Part shown: one piece after another, positions 63,425-64,000 of the stretch
Layout: each line of letters opens with the position of its first letter
Position numbering within the stretch: the stretch's first letter is position 1
Assembly: GCF_000181795.1 (NCBI RefSeq)
Contig: NW_003526941.1
Coordinates: 4,429,218 to 4,493,217, forward strand
DNA length: 64,000 nucleotides
Origin: Trichinella spiralis
Lineage: Eukaryota
Direction: 5' to 3'
Made by a program: the position numbers and the translations under genes
Notes under the pieces: generated by a model
Told to the model about the DNA's origin: nothing
The model's input: the letters and a program-made list of their open reading frames with translations, nothing else
The model's database searches: none

Positions 63425-64000
63425 TCATAGATTCGGTTGTTGGTCAGTGGAGCAAGTTGTCGATGGATCTCTGTTGATACTTGTCGAACTGCGTCGAAGT
63501 GTTTCGATCACTGTCGACAGTTTCAATTCGTTTTTCCACTGTCTCATATTCAAACCTTTGGTAATCATTTCGCCGAATCCAGGATGATGGGAAAAAGCGT
63601 AACTTGATCTTGTCGAAGCTCGACGACGTCGAAGTGAACTGGCCGTAGTCAACGATTGCAATGGCACTTCGGAAAGGCGCCCTTGCAGACGACGCAAATT
63701 CTGCTTGACGCGTATTCGATCCGACAACGACGGAAACACGTCAACCCAGAAGAACCGTACCGATATCTGAAATATAAGCAGCAAGCATTAATAAGTTGCT
63801 AGCAATTTGGATTCGACTGTGAAGAGTGACGAACAAATCCGTTCACTGATCGGACGTACGTGGGGCAGCATGAGCAGTACAACAATCAGCAAAATTGACA
63901 ACCAAAAGTTTGGATAAACGAACATCTCCATAGCGGTACCGTATCCGTTGTGGTGGAGGACGTCGAAAGGCAACAGTTCGTAATAGACAAGTGCGACGAA
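63425..64000 (-). CDS. ATP8B: P4-type phospholipid flippase (ATP8B subfamily), last two exons; gene continues beyond window
   Basis: Exons 64000-63860 and 63766-63425 encode ...YGTAMEMFVYPNFWLSILLIVVLLMLPH|ISVRFFWVDVFPSLSDRIR...RRRRASTRSSYAFSHHPGFGEMITKG, that is TM10 plus the conserved (G/S)YAFS regulatory motif of ATP8-type flippases. Confidence 0.88.

Overview
AT-rich, intron-dense animal genomic DNA. Short 45-70 nt introns, gene content and twitchin architecture point to a nematode, most likely Trichinella or a related clade I species (inference). The first 49 kb is a compact gene run: TraB-domain protein (+), intronless APEX2 (+), clockwork-orange-like bHLH-Orange factor (+), an unknown acidic protein (+) with a MITE-like foldback in an intron, RPS17 (-), DDX51 (-) and a ~30 kb twitchin/unc-22 gene (+). 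The 3' end of an ATP8B-type P4-ATPase (-) closes the window. Between the convergent twitchin and P4-ATPase genes lies a ~14 kb imperfect palindrome (~49.17-63.14 kb, with assembly gaps and probably two redundant contigs). Each arm looks like an inward-pointing, multi-exon unit with no shared ORF. Each ends in a tandem array of perfect 5' splice-site (U1-binding) motifs, built from a different repeat unit in each arm, and the arrays flank a central octamer/AP-2-motif-rich foldback. This is the most unusual structure in the window. Exon boundaries and identities were read by eye and are approximate.
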